Shown: piece by piece, positions 1-13,144 of the stretch
Layout of the letters: each line of letters begins with the position of its first letter
How positions within the stretch are numbered: position 1 is the first letter of the stretch
From: Raja brachyura
Taxonomy: Eukaryota
Reading direction: 5' to 3'
Length of the DNA stretch: 64,000 bases
Assembly: GCA_963514005.1 (NCBI GenBank)
Contig: OY740812.1
Span: forward strand, 2,728,001-2,792,000
Translations under genes and position numbers: made by a program
Notes under the pieces: model-generated
Seen by the model: the letters and a program-made list of their open reading frames with translations, nothing else
What the model was told of the DNA's origin: nothing
The model's database searches: none

Positions 1-224
1 ACAGGGAATTACAGCTAATTACATTGCTTCAAAGAGTGGTTCCTCTGATACCGAGTAGAATTGCTACTGCAACATTACCATGAAGGTCAAACTCATCAGT
101 GGACTAATCAAGTTCTCTTATTGTGGGTAAATGCAAAACACTTTCACAACAATAGAAATACCACTCAGTTAATCAAAAAGCAATTTAATTAGTGAACAAA
201 ACTAATTGCTGGAGTAATTTAAAA

Positions 225-420
225 GGACACAAAGTGCTGGAGGAGGTCAGGCACCCTCTCTGGCAAACATGGATAGGTGACATTTTGGGTTGAGGATCTT
301 CTTCAGATACCCAACCCGAGCTGAAACGTCACCTATCCCTTGTTCTCCAGAGATGTTGACTGACCTGCTGAACACTTTTTGTCCTCTTGTGTATTAACCA
401 GGTTCCTTGTTTTGACTGCT
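225..420. mobile_element. Inverted pair of Penelope-derived terminal units
   Basis: GACACAAAGTGCTGG...CTTCTTCAG followed by GAAACGTCACC...AGAGATG. Confidence 0.65.
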
Positions 421-493
421 GCAGTAATTCAGCAGGTCAACACCTTGTGTTTTACTCAAGATTCCTGCATTTGCAGTGCCTTTAGTCACTAAT

Positions 494-800
494 GGTGGCA
501 CGGTGGGGCAGCAGTAGAGTTGCTACCTTACAACACCAGAGACTCGGGTTTGATACTGACTTTGGGTGCTGTCTGTATGGTGTTCATACATTCTCCCTGT
601 GAATGTGTGGGTTTTCTCTGAGCTTTCCCGTTTCCTCCCGCCCCAAAGATGTACAGGTGTGTACGTTGGTTGGCTTCTGTAAATTGGAAGCTGTCCCTAA
701 TGTGTAGGATTATGTTAGTAATCGTAATCCCAGGGTAATTGTTGGGAGGCGCGGGCTCGGTGAGCCAAAGGCCCCGTTTCCACGCTGTATCTCCAAAGTA
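494..800 (+). mobile_element. tRNA-derived V-SINE (HE1-like)
   Basis: A/B-box-like head GGTGGCACGGTGG...CGGGTTTGATAC, V-domain-like TTCTCCCTGTG...GTGGGTTTTCTC, LINE-derived tail. Confidence 0.8.
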
Positions 801-1764
801 TCAATGAACAGTTGATCCAACGTGCCAAGTAAATTATCCTATTAAACTTGGCAGCAATATCTACAAAATAAAGTTCAGTTGTTTACATCATAGGTCAAAA
901 TGGCCTACTCCTAGATCTATCGTCTAAAATCCAACAACACCAGTTTCAGACCATTTAGAAAAAAATTGCAATGGGGAAAGAGCTGGGGAATGGATCGGCC
1001 AGATTGTTCTTGCAGACGGCCAATATGGCCCAATGGGTCGTAGTCTCCATCTGTTATCATTAAAAAAATTATTAAAATCAATATGATCAAATTGATTTTG
1101 TTTATGAAGGTTTAAGCTTTTTATCAACTCGGCATGTGGTTCTACAGCACCTCCTATACACAACAGTTGCTTAGGATGGGCAAGCATCAAAGGCATTCTG
1201 ATACATTGATAGTGGGGCCTGGATCAGTTGGCAAAGACCCAATCGATGCACTCAGCAGTCGTTTAAAAAAAAAAGCTTTGGCATTATTCTTCACTTCTCT
1301 AAATGTCAAATATGCTAGGTAAATTTGTTCAATACACAGCCCAACTGGGTAATCAGAAAATGCTTTGCCAGCAAACACTGAGGCTTGGAATCAATTCAGA
1401 CATAATTAACTGTTTTCCAGAACTGTTTTCCAGCAAACAGGAAATTCTGGATGCTAACACAGCAAAATCTGCATTTCCTCCAATGGTCACTACCTGCCTG
1501 AACATAACGACCTACTCCTTCATTCCTCCTGTGCTCACAACTACCTTGCAAATGTCAACCAAAGAACATGAACTTTGGAGACACGACAGAACTCTGACTC
1601 GGGTGTCATCTGTGAGGAGTTTGCATGTTCCCTCCTATGGGAGCTGCGGTTTGTGGATTAATTCGCCTCTGTAAATTACAGGGTGTAAGAGGTGGATGTG
1701 AATGTGGAGTACCAAATAACTAGTATTAACAGGTGATTGATGGTCAGTGTGTCTGTATCTATCC

Positions 1765-2012
1765 TTCAATGGTCCCAATGATGGGGGAGTCCAGAACCAG
1801 GGGCCACAGTCTAAGAATAAAGGGGAGGCCATTTAAAACTGAGATGGGAAAACACTTTTTCACCCAGAGAGTTGTGAATCTGTGGAATTCCCTGCCACAG
1901 AAGGCAGTGGAGGCTAATTCACTGGATGAATTTAAAAGAGAGTTAGATAGAGATATAGGGGCTAGAGGAATCAAGGGATATGGGAGAAGGCAGCACGGGT
2001 TACTGATTGTGG
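1765..2012 (+). mobile_element. CR1/HER1-like LINE 3' fragment
   Basis: SRTRGHSLRIKG...FFTQRVVNLWNSLP, typical CR1 ORF2 C-terminus. Confidence 0.88.
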
Positions 2013-2339
2013 ATGACCCCCCCCCCCCCCAACAATCACTGAAGAAAGGCCCCAACCCAAAACATCACTATCAATGTTTTTCCAGAGAAACTTTTGAAAT
2101 ACTTGTAACAGGAACCCGCATTACCAGAAACTTAAATGGACCAACCACATAAATGCTCTGGCTGGAAGATGTAAGAGGCTGGATATTTTGTGCCAGATGA
2201 CTAATTTTCCATATCCGAAAAGCTTTACCACCGTCTACAAGGCTGGATTAATAAGACTCCCAATACATTTGCATCAAGACCACCACACAGCACCGCATAT
2301 TTCCTTAAACATGCATTCCCTTTATCATTAATGCATCAA

Positions 2340-2985
2340 GGCATCACAAGCAGATAGAGTGGTAAAGATGATGTATGGCAGTGCCTTCATCAGTCAGGGC
2401 ATTTGGTATTCGAGTCAGGAAATGACGTTGTTACTTCTAAAAATATGGTTGGGCCACATTTGGATTACTGTGTGTTGCCCCATTACAGGAAGGACATGGG
2501 GTCTCTGGAGAGTGCAGAGAAAGTTTACCAGCTTATTGTCTGGGTCAGGGAGTATTAGCTGCAAGAAGAGGTTGGCAAACCTGTTTGTTTCCGTTGGAGT
2601 GACGCAGGCTGAGGGACAACCTGACAGAAATACATACAATTATATAGAACAAATGGACAGTCAGCCTTTTTTCCCCCAAAGTGGAAATATCAAATACTAG
2701 AGGGCGTAGTTTATGTGTGGGAGGGGGAAGGTTTGAAGGAGATTTACAAGATTCTTTTTTTTTTTTTTTAAACAGAGAGAGTTGGAGTCTGGAACACGCA
2801 GTCAAAGAACGTGGTGGAAGCATATACGATAGCAGCATTTTAGAGGCATTTGGACAGATATGTGAACAGGGAAAAGCTGGAGGGATTTGGATCACATGTA
2901 GGCAGATGTGTGGTTTAAACCAACATAGTGGTTGGCACAGACTGTGGCTGGAAGGCCCGTTCATGTGCTGTGCTGCTCTATGTCT
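2340..2985 (+). mobile_element. Degenerate CR1 LINE 3' fragment
   Basis: AFISQGI..., ERVQRKFT-like remnants and CR1 3' UTR. Confidence 0.78.
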
Positions 2986-4085
2986 TAGGTTAAGGTGTTC
3001 TCTCCCTTCTCAACATTACTTATAGATGCAAAGAGTCCAAAGTCTGATAGACAAAGTCAACATAGTTCTGAGGGGGGAAATGTATGCAGCAGAATTACAG
3101 CACTCCTCACATTTAACTTCCTGCAGTCATTTGAAGACAAGCCAGCAGGAAGAATTACTACTTGTTTGAGCTCCCAGTCATCCAGCTAGCATCATCGTAT
3201 GCTTGCCAGCAGTTTAAAGCGTTTTTGCACGTGATATTATCATGAGATTCTGTAATGCTGAAGTGAATAGCTTAATGTCTCCACTTCAAATTGGACAGCA
3301 CTTCAAAGCCAAACAGCACAATTGTTTAGAATCGTTTTGGAATTAATTACACTGAAGGATCTGTGTTTAGATTAAAGAAAGTTTTCTAATTGTTCTTGGC
3401 CAGGAAGCAAGCATAGTTTAAAAACTGTAGTCTATGCAGTCAAGTCTGAGAGGGAGTGTACAGCCGAGCAAGGCATTTTACACTAGACTGGCTCAAAAGG
3501 CTGACTAAAATCAAAGCACTGCCGGGGAAGTTGTGTGATTGATTACATCTCTCATGAATGGAAGTGGATTTAAAATGAAGCAGAGTGAAATATGACAACT
3601 GCTACTCCATACATTAAATTGCTCAAAGTGCTTTAATGATTCAAAAGCAGAAATATTCAATCGACTGAAAGAATCAATAATTTTTTTTTGATGAGGGCGC
3701 AAAGTATACAGAGTTTAATTCTGATCACAAGGTGGATTAATTATTGAAGCATAACATAAAAGGTAGGATGGCACAGATCTCTAGGTAAAGTACTTGGTTT
3801 GAGGATAGCAGATATAACCAGTGCAGAATATCTACACTGAATATCACTCAAAAATGAGGTCAAAGGGATTGGAGAAGAAAATTCAAGAATGCAGAGTTTA
3901 CAAGAATAAAGAGGGAGGAAGAAAATCTAATGCACAGCAAAGGTTTGAGGTGAGGAGTGGAAGATACACCGAAGAGCAGGAATAATGCAGGGAGAGTCAG
4001 TGATAGCTTAAAAATTCAGATAAAGGACACAGGAACACTGACTGGATTCAATCTTAAGAATGATATTACATTTGAGGCAATATGA

Positions 4086-4530
4086 AACATAGAAAATAGG
4101 TGCAGGAGTAGGCCATTCGGCCCTTCGAGCCTGCACCACCGTTCAATATGATCATGGCTGATCATCCAAATCAGTATCCTGTACCTGCCTTCTCTCCATA
4201 CCCCCTGATCCCTTTAGCCACAAGGGCCACATCAACTCCCTCTTGAATATAGCCAATGAACTGGCCTCAACTACCTTCTGTGGCAGAGAATTCAACAGAC
4301 TCACCACTCTGTGTGTGAAAAATTATCTTCTCATCTCAGTCCTAAAAGACTTCCCCCTTATCCTTAAACTGTGACCCCTTGTTCTGGAGTTCACCAACAT
4401 CGGGAACAATCTCCCTGCATCTAGCCTGTCCAATCCCTTAAGAATTTTGTAAGTCTCTATAAGATCCCCCCTCAATCTCCTAAATTCCAGCGAGTACAAG
4501 CCGAGTCTATCCAGTCTTTCTTCATATGGA
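4086..4530 (-). mobile_element. CR1 LINE 3' fragment
   Basis: YEERLDRLGLYSLEFRRLRGDLIETYK; TTCTATG tail. Confidence 0.9.
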
Positions 4531-4939
4531 AAACCGGAGGCAATGTCGGGTTGCATGGATGGGGTGGGATGGGACAGAAAACAGGCTTCTGAATGATCCA
4601 TAACTTCTGGCCAGGGGAATCTTAGTGTAATTAAGTTCAAATGCAACAGTAACTTTCATTGAGAATTCCAGTAGTTCAGGTGAGATGGTGGGAAAAGTTA
4701 TGAAAATGGATATACGCGCTCATTGCGATGGGAGAGAACATTCAAAGATTTGGGATACTATGATGACAATCTACCTCAGACTGTGATAACATTCGAACAA
4801 GAAGCTACGATTGGCAATACAGGAATATGGAATTTGTGGTGTTTACGAAAGAACCGCAGAAGCTGGAAAAATCAAAGGGAGACAAAAATGCTGGAGGAAC
4901 TCAGCGGGTGAGGCAGCATCTATGGAGCGATGGAATAGG

Positions 4940-4969
4940 CAATGTTTCGGGTCGAGACCCTTCTTCAGA
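4940..4969 (-). ncRNA. Minimal hammerhead ribozyme motif with altered cleavage triplet
   Basis: Minus strand CTGAAGA-A-GGGTC-TC-GACCC-GAAAC-ATT. Confidence 0.6.
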
Positions 4970-5166
4970 TTGATGTCGGGGTAGGGGGGGGGGAAGAAAG
5001 GAAGAGGTGGAGACAGTAGGCCAGATTACACCCTAGCGGTATGAACATTGACCTCCAATTTCAGGTAGTCCTTGCTTTCTCCCTCCTTCCCAGCTCTCCC
5101 ACAAGCCTACTGTCTCCACTTCTTCCTTTCTTCCCCCCACCCCCCCCCCCCCCCCCCGACATCAGT

Positions 5167-5196
5167 CTGAAGAAGGGTCTCGACCCAAAACGTCGC
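5167..5196 (+). ncRNA. Minimal hammerhead ribozyme motif, degenerate (GAAA>AAAA)
   Basis: CTGAAGA-A-GGGTC-TC-GACCC-AAAAC-GTC. Confidence 0.6.
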
Positions 5197-6454
5197 CTAT
5201 CCCTCCGCTCCATAGATGCTGCCTCACCTGCTGAGTTTCTCCAGCATTTTTGTCTACTTTGGAATTTGTGACAGTAATTCCTTCCTTTTTTCCTGTTTAA
5301 GTGTATGGATCAGCAGCATATTCAGATTTTAGTTTATTGTCACGTGTACCGGGTACAGTGACAAGCTTTTGTTGCGTGCCAACCAGTCAGCTGAAATGCA
5401 AGACATGATTTAATCGAGCCATTCACAGTGTACGGATACATGATAAGGGAATAACGTTTAGTGCAAGGTAAAACCAGTAAAATCTGATCAATTAGAAGCG
5501 GAAGAGTCATCTAAAAACAGATGTGGAAATGAGTAGCAAAATATAAATGGAAGCCACATCTTCAGAAGACACTGCCAAGAAACAACATGCACATTAATTT
5601 TGGTAGAAGGCAGAAATCGATTCCGAAGATCTCCAATGGTGATGAGAAAAGCAGTATTTGTCAATAATTTCCTGGGCTATAACTGAATGAACAAGAATAT
5701 CATTAAATAAATGCGGTCTTATCAGATTGGATTACGCAAATATCAAAGGAGTATTAAAGAGCTGACCTTTGAAAAACAACCTTCACTGTACCAAGGGTAC
5801 ACTAATAACAAGAACTTTTACAGTGAAGGATTTATATATAAAGACATATCCTGAAATTAAATCCTTGTATATCTGGAGTTATATCTGGAGTATATGCCTC
5901 CTTAAAAATTGCTCAGAGTACCACAAATGTAATTGCTTTGTTATGAACAGCCATGCCAACAACCTAGAGCGCTACATTCCCACTCAAAATTCCTTTGCCT
6001 CTCCACTTCTTTACTCTTTTAGCTCTGTGAATCATCTTTGATGATTTGTTCTAATATTAATCCTTCTATAACATGGTGTCAACATTTTGTTTGATTACAC
6101 TGAAGCGAGATGTCCTGACTATGTCAACAATAGCATACAAATGATTCATTCATGAATATAGAATCTTGAGAAGCATTACTTCTTATGCAAGCACAACTTG
6201 TTAGATATATTGAAAGCCAAGAATTTTGATCAAGGAAGAATTTTGAAGTACAAAAATGTGATGAATGGGATTACTACTAACTCCTTATTTGAACCTCTCA
6301 CTTAGTTGTTACATTTGTGGATTATGGAAATGTGAAAATCTTAGAACTCTCAAATTTACTTACCTTGAAATTTAAACATTAACATTCTAATATGATATAC
6401 AGACATCAGTCCAGCCGTCCTCCACCACCCATAAAAAACGTTGCCAGTAGCTAG

Positions 6455-6710
6455 AGAACAACTCAGAAAACAGTGCTGGTTCACAACTAGAGAGCAGTCC
6501 TGAGCTACTATTTACCTGTTTGTAAACCCTCGGACTAGCTTTGATTGGACTTTACTGGACTCTATCTTGCACTAAACGTAATTCACTTTATTCCCTTTAT
6601 CATGTATCTGAACACTGCGGATGGTTTGATTGTAATCTTGTATTGTCTTTCCGCTCATTAGTTAGCACATACAAGCTTTTCACTGTACCTCGGAACATGT
6701 GAGAATAAAT
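6455..6710 (+). repeat. Dispersed LINE-3'-tail-like repeat; related copies near 5325-5490(-), 14480-14570(-), 25020-25080, 34230-34485, 51995-52160, 54300-54435
   Basis: Shared motif TTTTCACTGTACCTCGGTACAYRTGACAATAAA; family not identified (possibly Rex1/Babar). Confidence 0.6.
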
Positions 6711-7092
6711 TTAAAATATGATGGTTCATAAATTAATGTTGATTTATTTCAAGGGGAAATAAATCTCATTTAGAATTAACACACACCTTAGCCTTGCTCA
6801 TGCTACATCACCTGAACCTCAGATTCAATCCCATCTATTATTTCCAAGTGAAGAATAGTGCGAGTCAGAGTGATTTGCACCAATTTTAATGTACAATGAA
6901 TTTGGAAGTCAACTGGATTTTGGCCACAAAATAACTCATTTCAAATAAATTACATTTGGACTTCTGCAAGAACTGTGTTGATTTATCAATTGTCTGACAT
7001 ACAATACTTCAGAAGCTCTCTGTACTTAGAGTACAAATACAAGCTTTGAAAACAGGAGTAATTTATTTATCTGTCAAATCTCTCCGACTTAC

Positions 7093-7227
7093 CAGTGAAA
7101 ACAAGTCATTCTGAAGCCCCAGTCGGTCCACAGGAGGAAGTGCAAGGTTCTGGACGCTGGATAATAAACGTTCGAGCATTGTTGGATCGTACTGAATTCG
7201 ACAAAAGCCCACTGTTCCAGGGTTCAA
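7093..7227 (-). CDS. NPEPPS: NPEPPS-like exon 16 (LNPGTVGFCRIQYDPTMLERLLSSVQNLALPPVDRLGLQNDLFSL)
   Basis: 135 nt; ttcag/gtaagt; within ORF 7063..7311. Confidence 0.96.
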
Positions 7228-7348
7228 CTGAAGATTAAAAAGAAAACCACAAGATGAATGATTCACATTGTACAGAGTCCTTTCTGAGTGTAATTTAATT
7301 AATCCAAACATTCATTCTCCATTATTCTATGAAACAAGTAAACTGGAG

Positions 7349-7433
7349 GAAGGGTCTCGACCTGAAAGGTCAACCATTCCTTCTCTCCAGAGATGCTGCC
7401 TGACCCGCTGAGCTACTCCAGCATTTTGCGTCT
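7349..7433 (+). mobile_element. Truncated Penelope-derived unit with 8-bp TSD
   Basis: AACTGGAG at 7341-7348 and 7434-7441. Confidence 0.75.
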
Positions 7434-7974
7434 AACTGGAGCAATAGATGAGGTTTCCGGGAAATTACTTTAAATCCTGGAAATATGAGGTAAAAGCAGA
7501 AAATGCTAGAAATATTCAGGTCAGAAATGCTGGAAATGCTCAATTATTTTGCCATTTTTCTCCCTCTTCATGAATGTTGTGTAACAGTGTAATTCTAGCA
7601 TTTTCGGTTTTTATTTTAGGGAGGTTTACCTCAGCACCCAGTCACTGTAGTAGACACATAAAACACTGAGATTTTCTTTCAGCAGATTCTTGTTTTTGTC
7701 AGTGGGAGCGTGTCAAATCAGGGATATCACTAAAATATATGGACCCAACCATTAAAAATGGAAATAATTAGAAACCTTTTCTCAGAGGGTGGTGAATCTC
7801 TAAAATGTTCAACCCTATTGGGTGTTGGATCCTGGATCATTAGAAATATTTGTGGATGAATATTTATAGATCAATAGAGGGGTTAAGAAATGACAGGCAA
7901 GAGTTGATGCCAAGATAGATCAGCCATGATCATTAAATGGTGGGGCAGGCTTGAATGCCCATTTTGATGATAAA

Positions 7975-8648
7975 AGCTTCAAAGCAGGAGCCTAATCAAC
8001 AGCATGAAAGCTGTAATATTAACACAGCCACCCAAAGGCCATTCAGCCCAGCTTTCAGAAAGTCATCCATGAGGAAAAGGAGAGAATAACTTACTTTGTT
8101 AGGAATTCTTATTACACACAGCTGCCTCACTTTACTTGGGTGAGAATGAGAATGGGAAATGATGTCTCTATTGAAGGCTTGGTCCTGTTAATGTCCGTGT
8201 GCTTGAACCCATTCAACTCTTCGACACTGCATTTAGAACTGCCATGAAACTCTGGTGCCATGTAATAGTCACCACCCGTTGTGTTTGCCAGTTTACTTCC
8301 AAACTTAGAAATGCCTCAGGAAAAGAGTGGTTCTGCTGGATCTTGTTCGCAGCAACACTAATTAAAGAATTGATGAGTGCAATGGAGGCATTCCCCAGGA
8401 AGATTAGTTGACAACCCGCACTAGATCATTATCACGCATTGTCCAGTGATGGACTCAAGAGCTTATGTGTTAAAAGCTGGAGCCTGAAAACCAGCATTCT
8501 TGGTGTAATATGAACACGACTGCCCTAAGGCCATTCCACCCACCTTTCAAAAAGAAATTCATGAGAAAAAGGAGAAAATAACTTTCTTTGTTTGCAATTC
8601 TTACTCCGCACAGCTGCCTAACTTTACTTGGTGAGAATGGGGAATAAT
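7975..8648. repeat. Diverged local direct duplication of ~180 bp (about 7975-8160 and 8470-8648)
   Basis: Shared blocks GGAGCCT, TGTAATAT, AAGGCCATTC, AAAAGGAGA, AATTCTTA, CACAGCTGCCT, ACTTTACTTGG, TGAGAATG. Confidence 0.8.
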
Positions 8649-8761
8649 AAATTCTGCCGGAAATAATTAGCTCCAAATATTAGCCTACAACAAATTGCAT
8701 TTCAACAGAAGAACAAATTGATAGGCTCATCACAGTAATATTCCTACTCTGCACACAGTAA

Positions 8762-9090
8762 AGGGCCTGTCCCACTTACGCAATTTTGTTCGGCGACTGC
8801 CGGCACCCATCATAGTCGCAGCAGGTGGCCGAAATATTTCAACATGTTGAAAATCCAGCGGCGACCAGAAAAAGGTACGACTCTTTGAACGACTACTCAC
8901 GGCCATACAGGCATCACCCCGTGACATGTCGACGCGTGACGCCTGTATGGTCTTGAGTATTCGCCCAAAGAGTCGTACCTTTTTCTGGTCGCCGCTGGAT
9001 TTTCAACATGTTGACATTTTTCGGCCACCTGCTGCGACTATGACGGGTGCCGGCAGTCACCGAAAAAATTGCGTGCGTGGGACAGGCCCT
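8762..9090. mobile_element. Palindromic MITE (fold-back), termini AGGGCCTGTCCCAC...GTGGGACAGGCCCT; possibly PIF/Harbinger- or Kolobok-related
   Basis: Two ~155-bp arms are near reverse complements around a short spacer; CpG-rich; TSD not clean. Confidence 0.8.
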
Positions 9091-11904
9091 TTTGAATCGT
9101 AAGTCAAATCCAACATGATTATAGCAATGCCTTGAACATCTGCTTCCCTCATCCTCCCAATTTATTAACAGGAATATCATAAACTATCAGGTTTAACGGA
9201 TTATTTACATCTAGTTAAAGCAGCGACCTGTTCACAAATGACTCGGATCCATCTGCAAACCCAGATAAATCTAGCAGGTATTTTGGAAACTAAACAATGC
9301 AATAAAAAACACACCATTTTCCATTTGAGGGCTGGAGAGATTGGAGCAGAAATCCGCTGGGGATGACTAGCATTTGACTGGGCTTGGAGTCAGGGTTGTC
9401 TAACTATCTTGATCATTTTTGTTTACAGATTGGGCAAACGTCTGATCCCTACACAAATGATCATTATTTCTGAGTAAAAACAGGGATGAACACATCTGTG
9501 AACGTGGACAAGTTGCAGCAGTGAAAATAAATAAAAAGCTTGTCATTGCTTTTTTTAAAATTTATATTCACTACCGGAAGGTGAGCTACCTCTAGGAAGG
9601 GTAAGAGAGTCAGAACAAAGGCTGCTTTACTTCCCAACATTTTTCCTCCCTCCTTCAAATATAAAATCAACATGACTGTAAGTAGTAGACCAGGCGGCAA
9701 ATTGGCTAACTGAAACCGAGCACCAAACCTCTGAATAGGCAGCATTTTGGTGTTCCAAAATGTGCACTGCTTGGGTAGAAGCATCAGGAAAATGTATACA
9801 TGGTCAGATAAAGTCAGAATTATCAATGGAATCAATTGCTTCACACTCTCTGGTTTTGGTTCGAACCATGCCAAATGCGCCAGAAAGCGATGTTGTCCTG
9901 TCAGCAGGTTTTAAACCTTGTCACCACAACCATTTGGATGGTGTTTCAAGAGTTATATAACACAATTAAACTTAAATGTTAAGCTACCATGGGTATAAAG
10001 TGTTTAAAGAGTGATGATTGTATGTTACCAAACTACTGGAATGGGCTGTAAATGCTTGGTTTGCCAACAATCCACGTCCCATAAAGTGGATGAAACCAAC
10101 AGCCAAGTATTTAATGATCACATGTATAAAATGAACATATAGAAAAGCCCAAACTTATACTAAAATAACCAAAAACATCATACCAACTAACACCATGACC
10201 GCATACCTCCCTAAATGTGAGCGCTGGGAAATCTATTGAACATTTCACCAAATTTCATCCAAGGGAACTAGGTTACAATTGGTATCAAATAAGCGTGAAA
10301 TAAAGTACACCACAGACATAAATGAACAGACTTTGAGATTATAAACTGCACAGAGTTTATAAGAAAAATAAATCCATTTAGCAACAGTTGCATAGCCAAT
10401 CGATGAGGTTTGATGAGTACATCGTCTATGTTCTTACTTTTTGAAGGACAAATTAGCAGATGTGGCACAGATACATTGCAAAGATTAAAAAAGTTAAAGA
10501 ATGAGGCAGAGAAAAAGAAAAGAGTGAAAGAAAAAGCAAAAAGAGATGAACGAAACAGTGACAAGTATCATAGAGATGCATAAATACAGCATTATTTAAA
10601 TAAAATGAGAAAGATACAAGAATACAAGTCAAAACTATGGAGAAGGAATGTCCAGGTACAATAGCCAGAGAGAAAAATGCAGGCAAATAAACAAAAGCAG
10701 AACAATGGGTAAATACAAAGAGGTTTACATATGGTGGCAGATTATTTACTTTAATCAGGACAATTACAATTCAAAGGTTTGATATGAATAAAAATTATGC
10801 TTCCTTACTTTATAATTCTACAGATTAAGTTGAGCTGCCTTAGAGGAATCAATCTGCAAAGCTGCTGCATGAGGAATGTGTGTGTTTGGTGAAAGGAAGG
10901 TCAAAACCTGTCAGGTCTCATTCGAGTGGGATTCCAAGTTTGCACTTTATCATCTTAAAGTATGATAATGCAAGTTTAGTAAAATCCCTATACCTTTTTA
11001 CGTCATGGCTCCTTCCAAAAGTTTCAATTCATAGAACTAGACATTGACAATGGGACAGCATAAACAGAATGGAAGAGTTTAAAACTAAGTGTGTGAAGGA
11101 AAGTGTGCACCAAAATGTTCTTCCCCACTCCCCAGATAGTGACCGACCTGCTCTCCATTTACATCATTTCCTGTTATTTTTGTTCAAGTTTTTAATTACA
11201 CATTTAAAATATATTTATTGAATTATTATGTCCACCTTTTGGAAATACTTTAATAAAATATTGTGATCTCCATCAGGATTTTTTTTTTTTTTTGAACAAA
11301 GATCAAGATCCATCTTAAGTAGCCAGAATTCAAGCCCCAGTTGCTATAACTTGGACTTTTTTTTTGTTCAGCCATGTTACTCTGAACAAAATAAAATAAT
11401 TTTCCCTCGCCCTTTCTTGGGTAAAAATGGAACAGGATTTTTGTTCTGCCAAAGCTATTCTAACCAATGCTTGGTGAAATGCAATAACATCCTTGTGCCA
11501 GCACGTCTTGCAAACATTAAAGATAAGATCAAAGGGATAGTCTTGATTTTTTTTGCAGGGCAAATTCTATGAGACTCTCACTGAGACTCAAGTGCAATGT
11601 CCCACAGAATCTATACCTTTAAACAGAATCCTCAAACAGAGAATTCCTAATCTTGCGAAAAATGTCTTCGGTACAGACGCAAGAGAGGATGTTAGGCACA
11701 AAAAAAAAATTGGAGGCAAAGATTTCACGTATGCATAAAGCAGTTTGTTAAAGAGCAATGTTGGCAGACGCTGTGGACCCAGGTTGCCTGCCTGCCCACC
11801 CTCTTGCAAAAACCTGAAGTAGATAAGAGAAAAAGTCCATTTTAACTGAAAGATACAAAAGAATACGTACCCTAAACTACTTCGGGAGCTCTCTGGTGAC
11901 CTAC

Positions 11905-12044
11905 CTTTATCCATTGATGCGGTTTCACATTCTTCACAGTGATAGTCATCTCTGGCTGGTCCAGTAACACCTTCACATTATCACAGCTTACATCTTCACT
12001 GGTGCAGATACTAATAGGGACCATCCAGTGAGGACAGTCACTAC
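11905..12044 (-). CDS. NPEPPS: NPEPPS-like exon 15 (SDCPHWMVPISICTSEDVSCDNVKVLLDQPEMTITVKNVKPHQWIK)
   Basis: 140 nt; cccag/gtaggt; WMVPI motif. Confidence 0.94.
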
Positions 12045-13144
12045 CTGGGAAACACAGGAGAGGTGTACTTATACATGAATGGATTTACGTAGCAGAGCCC
12101 CTGAGAAGATTAAATTCAATTTCCCTCAAAGGGCAGAAATATCCTCAATGGGAGCAGAATATATCAAGTAAATGAAACAAAGCTTTCAAACAGCAAATCT
12201 AACAGCTGATGAGACTCTTAAATGCCTGGTAGATGTACTGCAATTTGGTCTCAAGTTGCATCTAAATGGATGGGGGGGAAAAAAAACTGGCCAGATCTTC
12301 ACTGCTCCTCAACACTATCTAATGGAAGCTACTTATCTACTGGGCAGCTTATCAGGTCTGCTGATTGGGAGAGATTTGGCTCTGAAGCAGCTCCCTGACT
12401 GGAGACACACACCAAGAATTATCATTTGGAAGAGGCAACACAGACTGGAGCACTGTTCTCAAAGAATCAGTGCCAGGAAAGAACGGGAGAAATTAAAAAA
12501 AAATTGTTTTGAAAAAACAAAAATAGAGTAAAGAGATATTGAGAGCTAATCTCACTGGCTTCCATGCTTCATGCAGTCAGATGCGAGAAACAACTGAATG
12601 ATAACATGTCCTATAGATCCATTAAAGTTTTTCAAAAAGAGAGATCAAGCATCTAAACCATTTATTGTCAATTGGAAGCCATTTCTTTTTTGCCTTCTAT
12701 TTAAAATACTTCCGACCAGACAAAATTTAATGGCAACAGTTCTCCAGTATTAACAAAATATTAATTTGATGTGTTTGAACTGGATCTTTTGTTAAAGAGT
12801 CACATCAATAAATTTGTATAATTAAAAGGCCCCGAGAACAAAATGTTACCTCATTCTCTAAAGCAATTACAGCTCAAGCTCCACATTAAAGAGGGAGATA
12901 ATGGCTATTTCTTAGGTTATGCAAAGCCCGCTTAATGAATTTGGAATGGAGTATCTTTTGGTTATGGTTTATTGTAAGTATAGTAATGATACTAAAGAGT
13001 GCAAAGTTTTTCTGAACAACGTTAAAGACAATAATATTTAAAAGCTGGAATTGTTACCAAGTCATTATTTAAGGAACACACCTACAAGTCAGACATTTAA
13101 GCTGAGATGCCACAGTGGTGCAGGTAGTACAATTACTGCTGTCT

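Larger units (their letters stand above)
4839..5259. mobile_element. Penelope-derived composite: inverted terminal unit, GIY-YIG tail and terminal unit, with 11-bp TSD
   Basis: TGGAATTTGTG at 4828-4838 and 5260-5270; PSGMNID tail; hammerhead-like cores in opposite orientations. Confidence 0.85.

Noticed and set aside
1-7092. Search for the next exon (17) here, and for exon 2 in 60640-64000
   Set aside because: No matching coding segment seen; presumed outside the window
10413-10583. Lys/Glu-rich short reading frame (LQRLKKLKNEAEKKKRVKEK)
   Set aside because: Explained by A/G-rich low complexity
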